From contig CM121341.1 in assembly GCA_051530055.1 (NCBI GenBank), positions 7,170,784-7,234,783 on the forward strand: 64,000 nucleotides of DNA, given 5' to 3'. The first letter of the stretch is position 1, and each line of letters begins with the position of its first letter. The position numbers and the translations under genes were made by a program. The notes under the pieces were generated by a model. The model was given only the letters and a program-made list of their open reading frames with translations. It had not been told where the DNA came from and made no database searches. Positions 1-12,618 of the stretch are shown piece after piece. The stretch is from Neoechinorhynchus agilis. Taxonomy: Eukaryota; Animalia; Acanthocephala.

Positions 1-761
1 TCAGCCGGGCCCCATGATCCACTAAAAACGTCCACTTTTGATTCGTTTAAGCCAAAACTAAAAGCCATCGCTTCATGAGCATCGGTCACTATTCCGTCAA
101 GAAGACGAATTCCTCCGATTCTTGCATTATAAGCAACTCCAACACAACAAAAACTATTGTTCGCTTGTGCAGCCACTACTCCCGCACATCGTGTTCCATG
201 CTGGTTTTCAGGAGTTGGACGAGGACGTGGATCGGAATCCATCTCGTTCAAATCATAGCTAGCTTCAGGATCATAATTCTTAATCAAATCAAGATGCGTC
301 CATTCAAGGCCATCATCTATTATGCAAACCCGGACTCCACGTCCAGTATAGCCCATTTTCCAAGCTTCATACACGTTCATTCTCGCAGTATCCGGATGGT
401 TGTCTTCATTTAAATACCACATATTGGGCCATTGAGCGTCATTGAAAGACCCAACGTTTCTTTTAACCCTTGTTTTGCTATCTTGAACCTGAGCCCATTC
501 AACGCTTTCGATTTCTCCGTTTAAAAGAGAGCTGAATTTAACGATGTTCGTCGACGAGAAGAGGTAATACGATCCCGCGGAATGGTATACGTTTCCAAGA
601 AGATCCACATCAAGTAAAGAGCTTATTTCACGTGCCTTCGACGAGTTCTCGGATTTTAAAACCTTCACAAGCACATAAAACAACGATTTGTTTGTTGAAG
701 TCAGCGAATTAATGTCGGAATGAAGTATTGATGCAATTAAAATAACTATTACCCACCACAT
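1..761 (-). CDS. Furin/kexin-like proprotein convertase (S8B), N-terminal part; continues off the left edge
   Basis: Not in the ORF track because it has no stop inside the window. Manual translation from ATG at 761 gives a signal peptide (MWWVIVILIASIL), a prodomain ending RVKR, then FNDAQWPNMWYLN, catalytic Asp motif IIDDG, catalytic His motif QHGTRCAGVVAA, and GGIRLLDG...SWGP. No intron in this part. Confidence 0.92.
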   Translation of the reverse strand, partial: MWWVIVILIASILHSDINSLTSTNKSLFYVLVKVLKSENSSKAREISSLLDVDLLGNVYHSAGSYYLFSSTNIVKFSSLLNGEIESVEWAQVQDSKTRVKRNVGSFNDAQWPNMWYLNEDNHPDTARMNVYEAWKMGYTGRGVRVCIIDDGLEWTHLDLIKNYDPEASYDLNEMDSDPRPRPTPENQHGTRCAGVVAAQANNSFCCVGVAYNARIGGIRLLDGIVTDAHEAMAFSFGLNESKVDVFSGSWGPA

Positions 762-1470
762 TTACGATGCACTTTTTAAAACGATTTAGGATTTTTTGTG
801 GTTTCATGAAAACAAAAACGGCTCATCGATGCCTTGAAACCTAAACCAATTTTTTTGTTGTTATAAAATAAATGCGTGCGTAAAATAGCGACGATTGATT
901 TGCTGTGTTTCCAATGCGGATAATCGAACAGGAAACCGTTACCATGGTCATTATTGATTATTGGATTTATGGACTCAAATCCGACGTATAAAGCGTACAC
1001 AATAATCGATCTTTTGGTGAAAACACATCGATATGACTGTTTATGGATATGCCATGTCTTAGAATTGGCCATTTTACATGTCTGCGACATCGCCGGTCAT
1101 GTTCCTTTATTCTGTCAATTTTGTCTTATATAATAGAAGAAGCAGGTCATCATCGTGTTCTTTTCATTGATGACTTTCTAATGCTGCTTGTGCCAAACTG
1201 TCTGCTGGTCAGAAAAGGAAACAGTCGCTCTATTATTAAAGCATTCATCATATTTGGTAAAATTCCTTTCGTTCTTTGGAATTCTTTATGGCAAATGAAA
1301 ACCCATCTTTTATTAGATATTTAGAACGATTTTTTATCAGAATGAGCATAAAAATTCGTAAACTTTTTAAGATAAAATTGCACCTAAAAATCGAGATATG
1401 AAAATAGCGTTGAACGTTAAAATAGAATTGGTCACTTTTATTCAATGATGAAATTCTAAAATAGTTTTTC

Positions 1471-1637
1471 CACCCCTCGGATTCAAAAATTCACTAATTT
1501 ATTTCCCCGATATTTCACCTATGATAATTCCGACATTTCCTCAAGATTTACCAACCAAACATTGAGGAAATGTCGGAATTATCCGAGAGGTGAGATATCG
1601 GGGAAGTAAATTAGTGAATTTTTGAATCCGAGGGGTG
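1471..1637. mobile_element. Foldback / MITE-like palindromic element
   Basis: Arms of about 74 nt (CACCCCTCGGATTCAAAAATTCACTAATTT... and its reverse complement ending GAATCCGAGGGGTG) around a ~17-nt loop; no clear TSD. Confidence 0.7.
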
Positions 1638-2076
1638 ACAATACTAAGAAAAAGAATAATCCAAAACATCATAAAATTTACTAATTGACTTTGTTCATCT
1701 CAAATGAGAATGTTCGTGGAAATAATTCATAAAATAAGTGATCAGTTTTTCTTAGCGTTTTATTCGACTGCTTAAATCGATGGTCACTTTGTGGCTAAAT
1801 AACAAAATGCGAAATTCAAACAAATAAGTTGTGAATGTCATCAGGAATGTTTAATTATCTTTGCACCTAAAAATATGAGGTCCAAGTTGATGCAATCCGT
1901 TTCAGTTTTAAGGTAATAATTTTAAAAAATGTGTTGTATTATAAAGAATTCGGAACTTACAAAGGATTTTGGCGATTATCTTCGTCTAACACTTGAATAG
2001 GCAGTTCATTCCTAATGCCCATCGTCTCCTTAACTTTAGATAACGGGTTAAATTTATTAGAAAAATAAATCAGTAG

Positions 2077-3299
2077 TTATCCAATTGTGAGATATTCACG
2101 GACGGGCCACGGTAACCGCTCAATATCTCCAGTGAAATAAACCAACATTTTTATTCTCGCAGCCCATTTGAGCGAACCTGGACGCATCATCGGTTGTCGG
2201 CCAAAAATGATTTCTACGCTTTTCATAGCTTGTAATTGTTCTTGAAACAAAGTCCTGGTTCGATTAAACCATTTATAATAATATTGTAAACCGTTGCTTA
2301 AAGGAAGTCTCATTTTAGACTCCTTTTGAAGATTCCACGCGATTTTGTACAATTCTAACCTTTTGTTTTTATAATTATCGACGATCGTTGAGAGCACAAG
2401 AGCAACATATTGCTCAAATGCGTCCGAGGACATAAATACCTCCTCTTTAGAAAGTGTCGCGATCTTCATTATTAGTGGAATTGCCGCGAGGTTAAAGATG
2501 CTGCTACTAATAAGGTACGGACGGTTAATTTTCGCTCCCGTCAATACTATGAACTTATCCAGTTGTTCAATAAATGGTATATAAACGACATAGTCTTGAG
2601 CGGACATGATAGTTCGGACTAACTTATCCAATGCGGACCGCCCTGATGGGGTCAAAGTATTCACTTCGTTTGTCCGAGCAGCCAATTCGCCGAGCGCATC
2701 GATAAATCCCGACTCCGCCGCCACATGAATGGGTAGTTTCGCTTCATCGTTTCTGATATTCACATCAGAACCAGCGCTTAAGAGTTTCCTAAACGCTGGT
2801 TCATTTTTTCTATTGATCGAGTACATAATTGGGACGTTTCCCTCGTTATCTTTACGGTTTAGGTCTATTCCGCTTCGAATAAGAAAATCTACAACTTCGT
2901 TCTGGTGCACGCAAACAGCATCGTGGAGCAAGGTCCATTGTTTGTCCGAGAGCTTGTTTATGTCCGGATGTTTTTCCTTTAAAATCTGAAGAATTATTTG
3001 AAGGATCGCCGAGGTTAGAATTAAACTCATTTTACTTCAACGAACCCTTCATGTATCATATTTCCTCGTCTACATGCAGTGTACATCACAGTTTGAGTTA
3101 CATGGATCTCGTCATAGTTTAAGAGAATTTTTAAGCACTCCAAGGAGTTGTTGAATATTGCAGAGATCAATGGTCCTGGCGAATCTTCATCCAATAACGC
3201 AACTTGCGCCCTTTCCTTGCTGCTCATACCTTCCATAATTTTTATAAGATTCACGTGGTCGTTATGAGCGATTGCTTCCATTATATCGAACACTTCCAT
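2077..3299 (-). CDS. Ankyrin-repeat and SOCS-box protein (ASB-like), 2 exons, ~390 aa
   Basis: Track ORFs 3027..3299 and 2077..3030 are joined in frame by a 50-nt GTAAAA...CTAAC...TTCAG intron (2986..3035). Ankyrin motifs (TLLHDAV, VPIMYSI, LPIHVAAESG) and a C-terminal SOCS-box-like PGSLKWAARIKM...IERLPWPVREYL. Confidence 0.8.
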
Positions 3300-3735
3300 T
3301 CTCTAGAATATAGAAGTTCCTTTAAATCGAGTGAGAATGCATTGCTACAGAAGCTTAAATGCGCATGTAGAGGTTTTCAAGCTTTTTGCTAAGTTTGACT
3401 GTTTTTCCAATGTGCTTTGAAATAAAACAAACGATGAGAATGCAAAATCTTGTCGATCCTCACGATTAAATTAGTCCCACAACTTTTGTCTTGGAATCAC
3501 CCATGTAAAGTTGCAGAACTAAATTGATCAAAGTTTTTCAAAAAGTCGTTAATTTTGTAAATTTCGTTATTGTAGAAGAAAAAAAGTTCGAAATTTGAAA
3601 TTGCGGGTTGATATTTTGGGATATAATTTTTACCTAGGAATTTTATAGCCGTGGTTATAAATAAGGTACAATCTTCATGAATTCGCGATGTTATTATGTT
3701 TTTCGTTTCAAAATCGAATTGTTCATGTTTGCATT

Positions 3736-4815
3736 TGGCGTAAAATTAAAAGAATTTATTGATTCCAATATTTCGGTATAATCTTGTAAGCGTTTATCAG
3801 GTTGCAGTGCGAATTAAACACTTAAAAACCCGACAAAGGCACAAGATTGTGTTGAAATATTACAACCAATAAATTCGCTTAGTTATTATGTTTACCTTGA
3901 AGTAAGACCTAGTATTTTTTCCCGAAATTTTTCTCATGTTTTATAAAAAACAAACGTGAGTTACATGCATGAGTGATTGGCATATTTCTTCAATATCTCT
4001 TGAGTTAGTTTGATTAATTTTGTGCTTGTTTATGGCGTAAAAATTAAAGGAATTTATTAAATCCGATATTTCGAAGGCATGCCTTTAACAAGGTTGTTTG
4101 TTATTCAAAAGACGCTCAATATCAGGCACGATATTGTGCTTCCGAAATATCGGAAAGCATGAATAATTCAACGTTTAAACGATTAATTTTATAACGTTTT
4201 AAAATTGTCGCAATTTTAAAAGGTGATTCAGTCGTCCTTCCTCTCCCTATGATGTCCGGAATTCGCTTGCTGAAACGATGTTAATGATAAAATTTATGAC
4301 AATTATCTTATTATGTTTCATTTTCGACTACTTCGCTCAAATCTGAAAGCGTTTAAAGTTTTTCCTCCGACGACAGTTCTAAGGTTGCGTAGTACTTGTT
4401 CACTGGCGCAACTTCATTCGCTCTCCTGAAAGTCAACGATTTTGCTCGCACAAAAAATATGTCAGCGCATGAAGTTTACTATTCAAGAGAGACTCACATA
4501 ATACAAACACAAATCCTTCATTCAAATCACGAATGAAACGGCGTCGGTTCAAAAAAAGAATGCCTTTGGTCTAGAAAGCTTCATAATAAATGCCCTTTTG
4601 AAGTAATTTATTCCTTGTAACCTCGAGAAAGGAAAGCGATTGTAGCTCCGAAATATCGGATTCAATTACTTTAATTTTTCCCACATAAAAAAAGAGTAAA
4701 GCTTGTTTGAACATTGAATTTTTCTTGCTATTTTATGTGGCGGTGAAAAATTGAAGTAATTTATTCCTTGTAATCTCGAATAAAGAAAGCGATTGTAGCT
4801 CCGAAATATCGGCGA
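3736..4815. repeat. Cluster of ~72-bp mini-element copies, mostly as inverted pairs
   Basis: Copies at ~3736-3804(+), ~3826-3878(-), ~4033-4097(+), ~4120-4175(-), ~4615-4690(-), ~4760-4812(-). Consensus TGGCGTAAAAATTAAAGGAATTTATTAAATCCGATATTTCGGCACAATCTTGTGCCTTTATCAAGGTTG. Confidence 0.6.
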
Positions 4816-4879
4816 ATGCAATCCTCAACGAAAAACACTTTAATAATAACACGTTGATTGAAAATACAAAGAAATATTT

Positions 4880-5650
4880 AGGAGGACCCATGACCTTTGG
4901 GTCCTCATCCGTTGAGATGGGAATATCCAGTCGAGGGATTTCCATTCGGGAGGTAATATCTGGTCGGAGGGATGTCTATTCGGGTTGGAACTATTCAGTC
5001 GTGGACGGTTCGTTTGGGTCGGAAGGTCCGTTCTCGTGGACGAATTGGTGTTTATTGCTTGCAGGAGTGCTTGTGAGGTTGGTCTTTCCTCAGAATCATT
5101 TCAGGTTATGATATCCGAGAGACGATTGGGCAGCATGGAAAAAGGAGCGAGGTCGAAGGAGAATGAAACGAATAAGAATTACGAGTGTTGTGCTCGTATG
5201 AAAAGGGGAGGCGTTTTGATTGTTTTATGAAAATAGCATCAAGGCATTCGGTGAGAGGGGAAAAGTCAGTTGTGCAAATTTTAGATGCTCTTTTATGAAG
5301 AATTTCAAGACGACGGATCAGAGATTTGGAAAGGTTGCAAAATACGGAATAACCGTAGGTGAGAGAAGGTAAAATAAAGCAGAAGTAAAATTTGTAGAGG
5401 TCGGGTGAAGAGATTCCTAAATGTCGGAGGCGTTTGAGGATATAAAATTTAAAGGTGTTGTGCTTAAGGGAGGGAGAGTCCCATTTTAAATTTGATTGAA
5501 ATTGGAGACCCAGAATTCTGAGGGGGAGGTTACTCGTAGGATCTCGAATGTTTGAATTGGTGGCGGTGGTTAGAAAAGTTATGGTGTTACAAGGATCCGG
5601 AAATCGGAAAAAGTTCGAAGAACACAGAGTTCGCTGGACGAACTCCATTA
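4880..5650 (-). mobile_element. 5'-truncated non-LTR retrotransposon (L2/CR1-like) RT C-terminus and 3' tail
   Basis: LRILGLQFQSNLKWD...YILKRLR...LYKFYFCFILPSLTYG...LEILHKRASKIC is typical of the LINE RT C-terminal region. Homologous DNA occurs at ~9140-9200, 44100-44743 and 45640-46436. A 9-bp stem-loop GAGGACCCA-N7-TGGGTCCTC lies at ~4883-4907 near the 3' end. Confidence 0.75.
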
Positions 5651-6424
5651 AGGTTTCGATTTTTTGATTTGGAGAGGGTGTTTACAATGCTGGATATCTT
5701 CTGATTACGATAATGCAGAATCCGCACAAAACGTTTGCCGATTTAAGGAGCACAATACGCACAGAAAGCTGTTTATGTTGTGTTTAACAAATCAAAAGTG
5801 AGCTCCGGAACAATGCTTTAAGATTAAAATTGTTTATTAACTTTTATATGAAGGTACGCCATGGCACAATCTTGTACGCCTTTATCAAAGTTTAAGTTTG
5901 TTGCTGCCGACCAATTATTTGTTTCAAAAATGACGAACTTTCCGAAATTTAGTATGTAGTCTCTTTTCTGATCAATAGGCTAATGGTTGACATTGATCGA
6001 AGTCACATCTTAAGAAATCAAACGATGACCACTTAATTTTTCGTCTTCCAATCGTTTATTGGATAACTTAAAGAAGGATTCGGAGAACGATTAGCGCAAA
6101 AAACATGAGATATTGAAAGTTGAGTGTTTATTTTGCCATTTTTCGCAATGATTTAATCGAAAATAAGAACTCAAGCGGCAAAAATAAGCTAAATATAGAT
6201 TGCTTCAATGATAATAAGAAATATATGGGCTTTTCATTTAAGAAATCAGAATCGATACAGTGCATAAAGTCGCGCTTTAAAACGTGGTTTTCTAAAATAA
6301 ATTTTGTGGCACACCAAAAAAAGGAAAATGATAAATGGAATTATTAAAGTTCGGTGGTTGAATCGCCGCGTTCTGTGGTGGTGTTGTAGTTTTGCTAAGA
6401 ATTCGACTCACGCTGACTCGAAGC

Positions 6425-8530
6425 TTAAACAAGTACTATGTTAACGTATCGTCCAAAGAAACTGGTTCCTGAGAGAATAGCTCGTGCTTGACGAGCGCTC
6501 GCAGGACTAGAACAAGCGACGATGGCATGTCCGGTTGGTTTTCCCGTTTCATCATGACTGATCTTTAGTGTTTCTTCAAGAGGTTCGAAATCTTGTAACC
6601 ATTGGCAAATGTCATGTTTCTCAGCCCTGTAAGGAATATTGTTCAAAAGGAGAACTCTTCCTTTATAGGCATGGAGTTCAATCGGAATCGGAGGAAGAGA
6701 TGAGCAATCGGTTCGAAATGTAGAAACCTGTTGTGAACAAGAAGACGGTGGTGGTGGTGCTTGGTGGCTGCTATGGTGATGGGGCAATGGCATGGCACTG
6801 CCAACGGCATTAGGTGACGCTCGTGCATATGGGCGAATCGGAGGTCGATTGAATCTCTGATGGTTTAAGAGGACTTTTCGCGGATGAAACCCTTGATGAT
6901 CCATGGGTGTGACAAATGCTTGTCGCTTTCTCGTTGTGTAATCTATTAAACAAGGATCTTGGTGTTGATGATGGTGGTCAAACCGACTTCCACCTCGTCT
7001 ACTGTAAGCGGAAGATCGGTGGTAATTAGGTGGAGATGAATGTTCTATCATGAATCCACCATATACACCGAAATCACGATGAGGATCCGGATCGATCGAA
7101 GAAGATACAATCGGCGGTGGTGGGTATGGAAACATCGGTACTGGATGTTGAGCTAAAGAGACCGGCTCGTCAAATCTGGTTTTTCGTGCAACATTTGGTT
7201 CGATTTTTATATCATGCGTTTCGCTTACCACCGCGGACGATGAAGCTGTTGAAGATCGAATCCACTTGGCCTGTTCTTTTGAAACGGCCACAACAGCAAT
7301 GTTTTGGTCATCTATAAGTTCGTCATTGTAAAACAATGCCCTCTCAAGGTCTCTTGAATTCGGCAAAAATACCAAAAACGACCCAGTATCCATGAAATCT
7401 GGCCTGGTCTTAAGAATTTGAGTGCTCGGATCTATAGTGACATTCTGGAGCACAGATGCAACGTTAACGTTCTCGAAATTCGCCGGAAGTTTATCTATTT
7501 TGATAATGAATTCGGATTCAAAAGGATCATTGAAAGACTGGAGCTCAATTTGAAATGGCAAATACGCATCTGCTTGATTCTCAAACTCATAGTGACTCGA
7601 GAGACCAACGTCTGTGATTTGAAGTTCAGGAGATGCACGAGAAACGCCATCGTTTTCCGTCACAAGTCTACGAATCTCGCAGATTATGCGATTGGTCTCG
7701 TCCAGGGCTAAGCCCGGAACTCGAAACAGAATGCGACCACTGAACTGACCTTTGAAATCATTGACTTTCTTAATATCACACAAACTGATTTGGTTGTTGC
7801 AAAGTGGAGTAAGGATTTTCTTTACCGACGTATAAAGACTAAGTTTGAATCGAGAATCTCTTCGTTTTAAATCAATGTAAATAAATGGCTCGGTTTTTAG
7901 TGATTTATCCACCTCATTTACTTTTGCATCCGTTTCCAAAGGCACGTCTTGTTTTAGAGGAGATTGATCTTTTTTAGAAACCTGTTTCTTATCTTGTATG
8001 GTTCTTAGAAGTTCGAGAAGTTCCACGTTATTCTTAGGAATGTCACAAACGGGATTTTTCGGTGGTTTGGGAGTTTGGGCAGCCACTCGTTTGTATATAC
8101 CGTCATGTTGATCTTTCTCAGACGAATGAAGACCGATGAAGTCGGTTAATGCGTTCAGAATACGTGGACTCTCCTTTTTGGCTCGATTGGCTGAACTATA
8201 CTGACGAGGGTCCTGTGGTCGTTTTTCACTAGTCTCTCGATGACTTCCATCCGAATGAGTAGGTCTCGATACAACATTATCCATCTCCTTTTTAGTGCTC
8301 AGACAAAGCTGGATTTGACAACCACGAACAGTTCCGCTATTGCGTTCCATTGCACGAGCTGCGTCCTCTTCTCTGAATGTTATGTAGGCTTCACATGAAT
8401 CATTGGAGCTCACAATGTGTACACCACCGTCCGGAATGTGGATATCGTTGAAGAAACGCCTAATGTCCATCGCACGAACCGATGTGGGCAACTTGAGCAT
8501 TTTAACAACCACCATTTCGGTAGTCAACAT
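6425..8530 (-). CDS. RBM12: RBM12-like multi-RRM RNA-binding protein, intronless, 701 aa
   Basis: N-terminal RRM (VVKMLKLP..VRAMDIRRFF..IHIPDGGVHIV...AYITF), Pro/His-rich linker, C-terminal RRM (LLLNNIPYRA...D.TGKPTGHAIV). Confidence 0.82.
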   Translation of the reverse strand: MLTTEMVVVKMLKLPTSVRAMDIRRFFNDIHIPDGGVHIVSSNDSCEAYITFREEDAARAMERNSGTVRGCQIQLCLSTKKEMDNVVSRPTHSDGSHRETSEKRPQDPRQYSSANRAKKESPRILNALTDFIGLHSSEKDQHDGIYKRVAAQTPKPPKNPVCDIPKNNVELLELLRTIQDKKQVSKKDQSPLKQDVPLETDAKVNEVDKSLKTEPFIYIDLKRRDSRFKLSLYTSVKKILTPLCNNQISLCDIKKVNDFKGQFSGRILFRVPGLALDETNRIICEIRRLVTENDGVSRASPELQITDVGLSSHYEFENQADAYLPFQIELQSFNDPFESEFIIKIDKLPANFENVNVASVLQNVTIDPSTQILKTRPDFMDTGSFLVFLPNSRDLERALFYNDELIDDQNIAVVAVSKEQAKWIRSSTASSSAVVSETHDIKIEPNVARKTRFDEPVSLAQHPVPMFPYPPPPIVSSSIDPDPHRDFGVYGGFMIEHSSPPNYHRSSAYSRRGGSRFDHHHQHQDPCLIDYTTRKRQAFVTPMDHQGFHPRKVLLNHQRFNRPPIRPYARASPNAVGSAMPLPHHHSSHQAPPPPSSCSQQVSTFRTDCSSLPPIPIELHAYKGRVLLLNNIPYRAEKHDICQWLQDFEPLEETLKISHDETGKPTGHAIVACSSPASARQARAILSGTSFFGRYVNIVLV

Positions 8531-9350
8531 TCTCTTTGCGTCTCAATCTGAAAAAAAACACGAGTAATCAAATAAAACCTTTAAAAGGGTATCGTATTCC
8601 TCAATATCCTAGTTCAAAAATCAAAACAAATACGATTGGCGGTCAGTGTTTTAATTTATAGACTTCGAAACAATGATTCTCTTGCACATATCGATAGTGT
8701 TTTAATATTTAAAATTGAATTTCACGTCAAGTTTTAAGCTCTTTTAAATGACGAGATCTCGTTGGCATGAAAAACCCGTTCTGGATGGAGAAATTTAAAT
8801 TATTATCGAGAAAATGATCAATATGTGAGTATTTGTAAACCAGTTCGATTATAGTTCATTAGCGTGTTTTTTGGGAGTAAAGAAATTTCAATAAAGTTCT
8901 TATCATTTATAATTTAGTTAAATCCTCGCGAAAACTCGAGCTGTCGAAAGTCTACACTCGGTACTAATAAACTGATGATGAACTCGACGAGGTTCGACGA
9001 GCGTCCTTTAATCGAAATAATCATTTAAACGCGAGTCTAGACTTCTTAACAATAATTCCAATGTGGCTATTGATTTTGGAATGGATTACGAGTCCGGCCG
9101 AGTGTAAAAGTTGGTGGAAGGAGAATTTGTGTTTTTTCGGTTTATGATATCCGAGAGAATATTGGGCAGTGAGGGAGGATGAAACGAATTTATAATTAAG
9201 AGTAAAAGCACAAGATAAAAAAGGGCCATGAACAGTTCAATCTTCAAACTTATAATTCCATTTTCTTTTGGTAGTTATGGCACACATCATCGGATTTATT
9301 GCCGATATTTCAAGGATTGAAAAATGAAACTGCTCATGATTGTTGTGAAG

Positions 9351-9446
9351 TGGCGACGATTTTTCGGCTCAATCCCGAGCCTTTATCAAGATTGTTTGCA
9401 AAAAGACTCTAGATTGAGCCGGAATATCGATTAAATAAAATTACGC
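9351..9446. repeat. Tail-to-tail pair of the ~72-bp mini-element
   Basis: CGATTTTTC-GGCTC-AATCCC-GAGCC-TTTATCAAG on +, and CGATATTCC-GGCTC-AATCTA-GAGTC on -. Confidence 0.55.
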
Positions 9447-9713
9447 GCAAAGTCAGAATTGACGTGAAATATTTGAATTGTTTTATGGTGCGAAGAAATT
9501 CAATGATAATATTTATTTTTAAATCGATTTTAAAAATAAAATAATCATTCAATTTCTTCATACCATAGAACAATTCAAATAAAATACAATTCAAGCAAAA
9601 AAAATTAGTATATTCCCCACGTTCCTGAGCTGTGAAGAAACTAATAAAAGGCATCAATTCTAACATATAAAGGAGAAATCTTACTGTAACGATGAGGTAG
9701 AATAAGAAGTGGG

Positions 9714-9729
9714 CACGTGACGTCACGTG
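9714..9729. promoter_or_regulatory. Perfect 16-bp palindrome: two E-boxes overlapping a CRE site
   Basis: CACGTGACGTCACGTG, about 1.2 kb upstream of the RBM12 start; function inferred only. Confidence 0.35.
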
Positions 9730-10131
9730 TTTTATCGATTACGTCAACAGCGCTAAGGGTCATTTGTTTAGAGTTTAAAAGTCTGCTTTATTGACGAATC
9801 ACTTACAAAGATTAAAAATATCGATATCGAAAGTTTTGTTTTTAAAAGCATCTTATCGAAAATGAAATCAAAGAAAGGTTCCGTTAATGGCAATACCGAA
9901 GGAAAATTCGATCTCCCTTTTTCTCAAAAAAAGTCACCGAAACGCTGACGAAACATAAAGATTTGAAACAAATATCCGATTGCGAATGAACGACTTTGTT
10001 GACGTTTTGCGCACGCATTAAATACGGAAGAAACATTGAATGTGACGTAGAAAGGGGTTACTTTTTTGAAATTTTAGTGATTTTTCGTCAAAAGTTTGAA
10101 AGAAAATTATTCAGGAGATTTTTTCATTTTT

Positions 10132-10299
10132 AATTAGCGATGTTTGATTCAGAACAGAGATTTATAGTGAATTTTTTTTCGGCCTTTGTAAGTTTTTAAC
10201 ACATTTAAAAACTTACAAGCAATTGACTGAAGAAGGACAACGAAAAGGTCGAAAAAAATTTCAAGATAAATCTATTTTCTGAATCAAGCATCGCTAATT
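10132..10299. mobile_element. MITE-like foldback element
   Basis: ~34-nt TIRs (AATTAGCGATGTTTGATTCAGAA.../...TTCTGAATCAAGCATCGCTAATT) with a nested hairpin TTGTAAGTTTTTAA-CACAT-TTAAAAACTTACAA. The core resembles the centre of the foldback at ~33350. Confidence 0.65.
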
Positions 10300-10449
10300 G
10301 AAACTATAATGTTTTGGTTTTCTTTTAGGTTGAATAGATTTTTAAATTTTAAATCTAACGTTGCAATGAAAATGGCCATTTTGTTTATTTTATTGCCTTA
10401 AAGTCACGAGCGGGCATATAACTCATGGAATTGCCTTTATTCAAAAGTA

Positions 10450-10538
10450 GCATCTTTTATGCTTTAGAGCAAGCAATCGGAAATGAACAGAAAATAACCC
10501 GAAAGGTCCGATTGCTTGCTCCAAAGCTTAAAAGATGC
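10450..10538. mobile_element. Small foldback / MITE-like element
   Basis: ~31-nt imperfect inverted repeats (GCATCTTTT..GCTTTAGAGCAAGCAATCGG / CCGATTGCTTGCTCCAAAGC..AAAAGATGC). Confidence 0.55.
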
Positions 10539-10547
10539 GGTCGCCGC

Positions 10548-11670
10548 GGATGAAGACTTCTAAGTAACACACTTCGGAAATTGAGATATTTCCAAAAAAG
10601 GAAGCCTAATCAATCATTTTTGATTTTTCCATCCACGGCGACCCCAAATGATTTTTCTCTTGATGATTAAAAAATTCTAAAGAATAAGAATCTCCAAGAC
10701 ACTTTTAATAACTAACTAACTGATGATCATGAACTCGACAGGAGGTTCAAAGAACGTCTTTAATTTTAAAGAATTATTTAATAGGTTAAGAAGACTTTTA
10801 AATAACACACTTCAAAAATTGAGATATTTCCAAAAAAGGCAGTCTAATCAGTCATCTAAAAAGACTTTAATTGATTTTTCCATCCACGGCGACCCCAAAT
10901 GATTTTTCTCTTGATGATTAAAAAATTCTAAAGAATAAGAATCTCCAAGACACTTTTAATAACTAACCAAATGATGATCATGAACTCGACAGGAGGTTCA
11001 AAGAACGTCTTTAATTTTAAAGAATTATTTAAAAGGTTAAGAAGACTTTTAAATAACACACTTCAAAAATTGAGATATTTCCAAAAAAATGGAGTCTAAT
11101 CAGTCATCTAAAAAGACTTTAATTGATTTTTCCATCCACGGCGACCCAAATGATTTTTTAAATAACACATTAAAATTGAGATTTTCAAAAAAGAGTAATC
11201 ACTCTTGATGATTAAAAAATTCTAAAGAATAAGAATCTCCAAGGCACTTTTAATAACTAACCAACTATGATGATCATGAAGTTCTCGACGAGGTTCAAAG
11301 AACGTTTTATTTTTAAAGAATTATTTAAAAGGTTAAGAAGACTTTTAAATAACACACTTAAAAAATTTAGATGTTTACAAAAAAATGAAGCCTAATCAGT
11401 CATCTAAAAAGACTTTAATTGATTTTTCCATCCACGGCGACCTCCAAATGATTTTCTCTTGTGATTTTTCCATCCACGGCGACCTCCAAATGATTTTCTC
11501 TTGGTGATTAACAATTTAAATACCACCTAAGAATTATTGATTATTTTAGTTCTAAAGAACAAGAATCTCCAAGACACTTTTAATAACTAAGCAACTGATG
11601 ATGATGAACTCGACAGGAGGTTCAAAAAACGTTTTTAATAAAAAAGTTATTTACTGGGTGAAGACTTCTA
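10548..11670. repeat. Degenerate tandem array, ~4 units of ~250-330 bp
   Basis: AAGAATCTCCAAG recurs at ~10686, ~10937, ~11231 and ~11561, with recurring TTTTCCATCCACGGCGACC; a related fragment lies at ~8965-9050. Confidence 0.85.
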
Positions 11671-12618
11671 AACAATAATTCTACTTCTTGAGTAGATTTT
11701 GCCATTATTAATTTTATGGAGAGAGAAAATCCTTTGGGATGATAAAGTTTGAATTGCGCGTAGTGATCATAATTCCCGACGGATAAAACACATATTTTAT
11801 TGAGATATTTTAAATGAGGAAAGCAGAATAGCGACTGAAGCGGCAAGGAAAACCTTGTGAAATATTTCGCAACTAATAAATGAGTATCGACAACACCGGG
11901 GACGCCAACGTACAATATAAATAATTGCAGCTCTCATTCGTTAGTTATTCGTTAAGCTAGTAAAAGATTAAAATCAAACTTTAGAAGGGAAATTAAAGGA
12001 TAAGGGGCATGATCACTATGAAACTCTAACGAATGTTATTTTGCGCCTAAAAACTTTTTTATCCATTTTAATTTTCCATACTAAGGAGTACATAAGTTCT
12101 TGGCACAATCAAGAGTAAGGCGATTATTTAGAGCTGCTAATTAATCTTTATCAGCCGACGAGTTCTTGGTCAATTTTCATTCCGAATTTTTTTCTTCTAT
12201 GAATTCTAACAAACGATTTCTCTGTTTGAAATCATTCGCGATAATCTGTAACTAATATTTAGCGTTCGCTTCACCCGATTCCCGCCCATTTCTTAAAAGC
12301 TAATATGTTCCCAGACCCGAGATAATGTTTTCCGCTCGTCACTGAAATGTCATTCACTCGCCTTTTCTCCTAGAAGCAAATTAGTCAGCATCGAGGACAA
12401 TGCCACAGGAACTTCTGTTTATTGTCTGCAGAATCGAGTAAGTGTTATGTGTGATGAGACTTGTTGAGATTCTGGCTGATTAGCAGCTTCCTATTGGAGC
12501 CTAGCAGCCGAATTCCATATGGTCTATGGCACCTGACAGCCCTGTAATGTCAATCCACGTTCGCAATCATATACACTCACAAATAAAGGATTATCTATTA
12601 TTGATGAGGTCAAAACTA

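Noticed and set aside
75-1445. Track ORFs 75..413, 776..1090, 1043..1324 and 1248..1445
   Set aside because: The first is the antisense shadow of the furin-like CDS; the others are short AT-rich ORFs with no recognisable motifs.
3027-3030. ATGA stop/start overlap of two ankyrin ORFs suggesting a bacterial or viral operon
   Set aside because: A 50-nt GT-AG intron with a CTAAC branch-like motif joins them into one ankyrin-SOCS gene.
10720-11610. TGATGA motifs in the ~300-bp array as C/D-box snoRNAs
   Set aside because: No properly placed terminal CTGA box and stem; better explained as satellite sequence.
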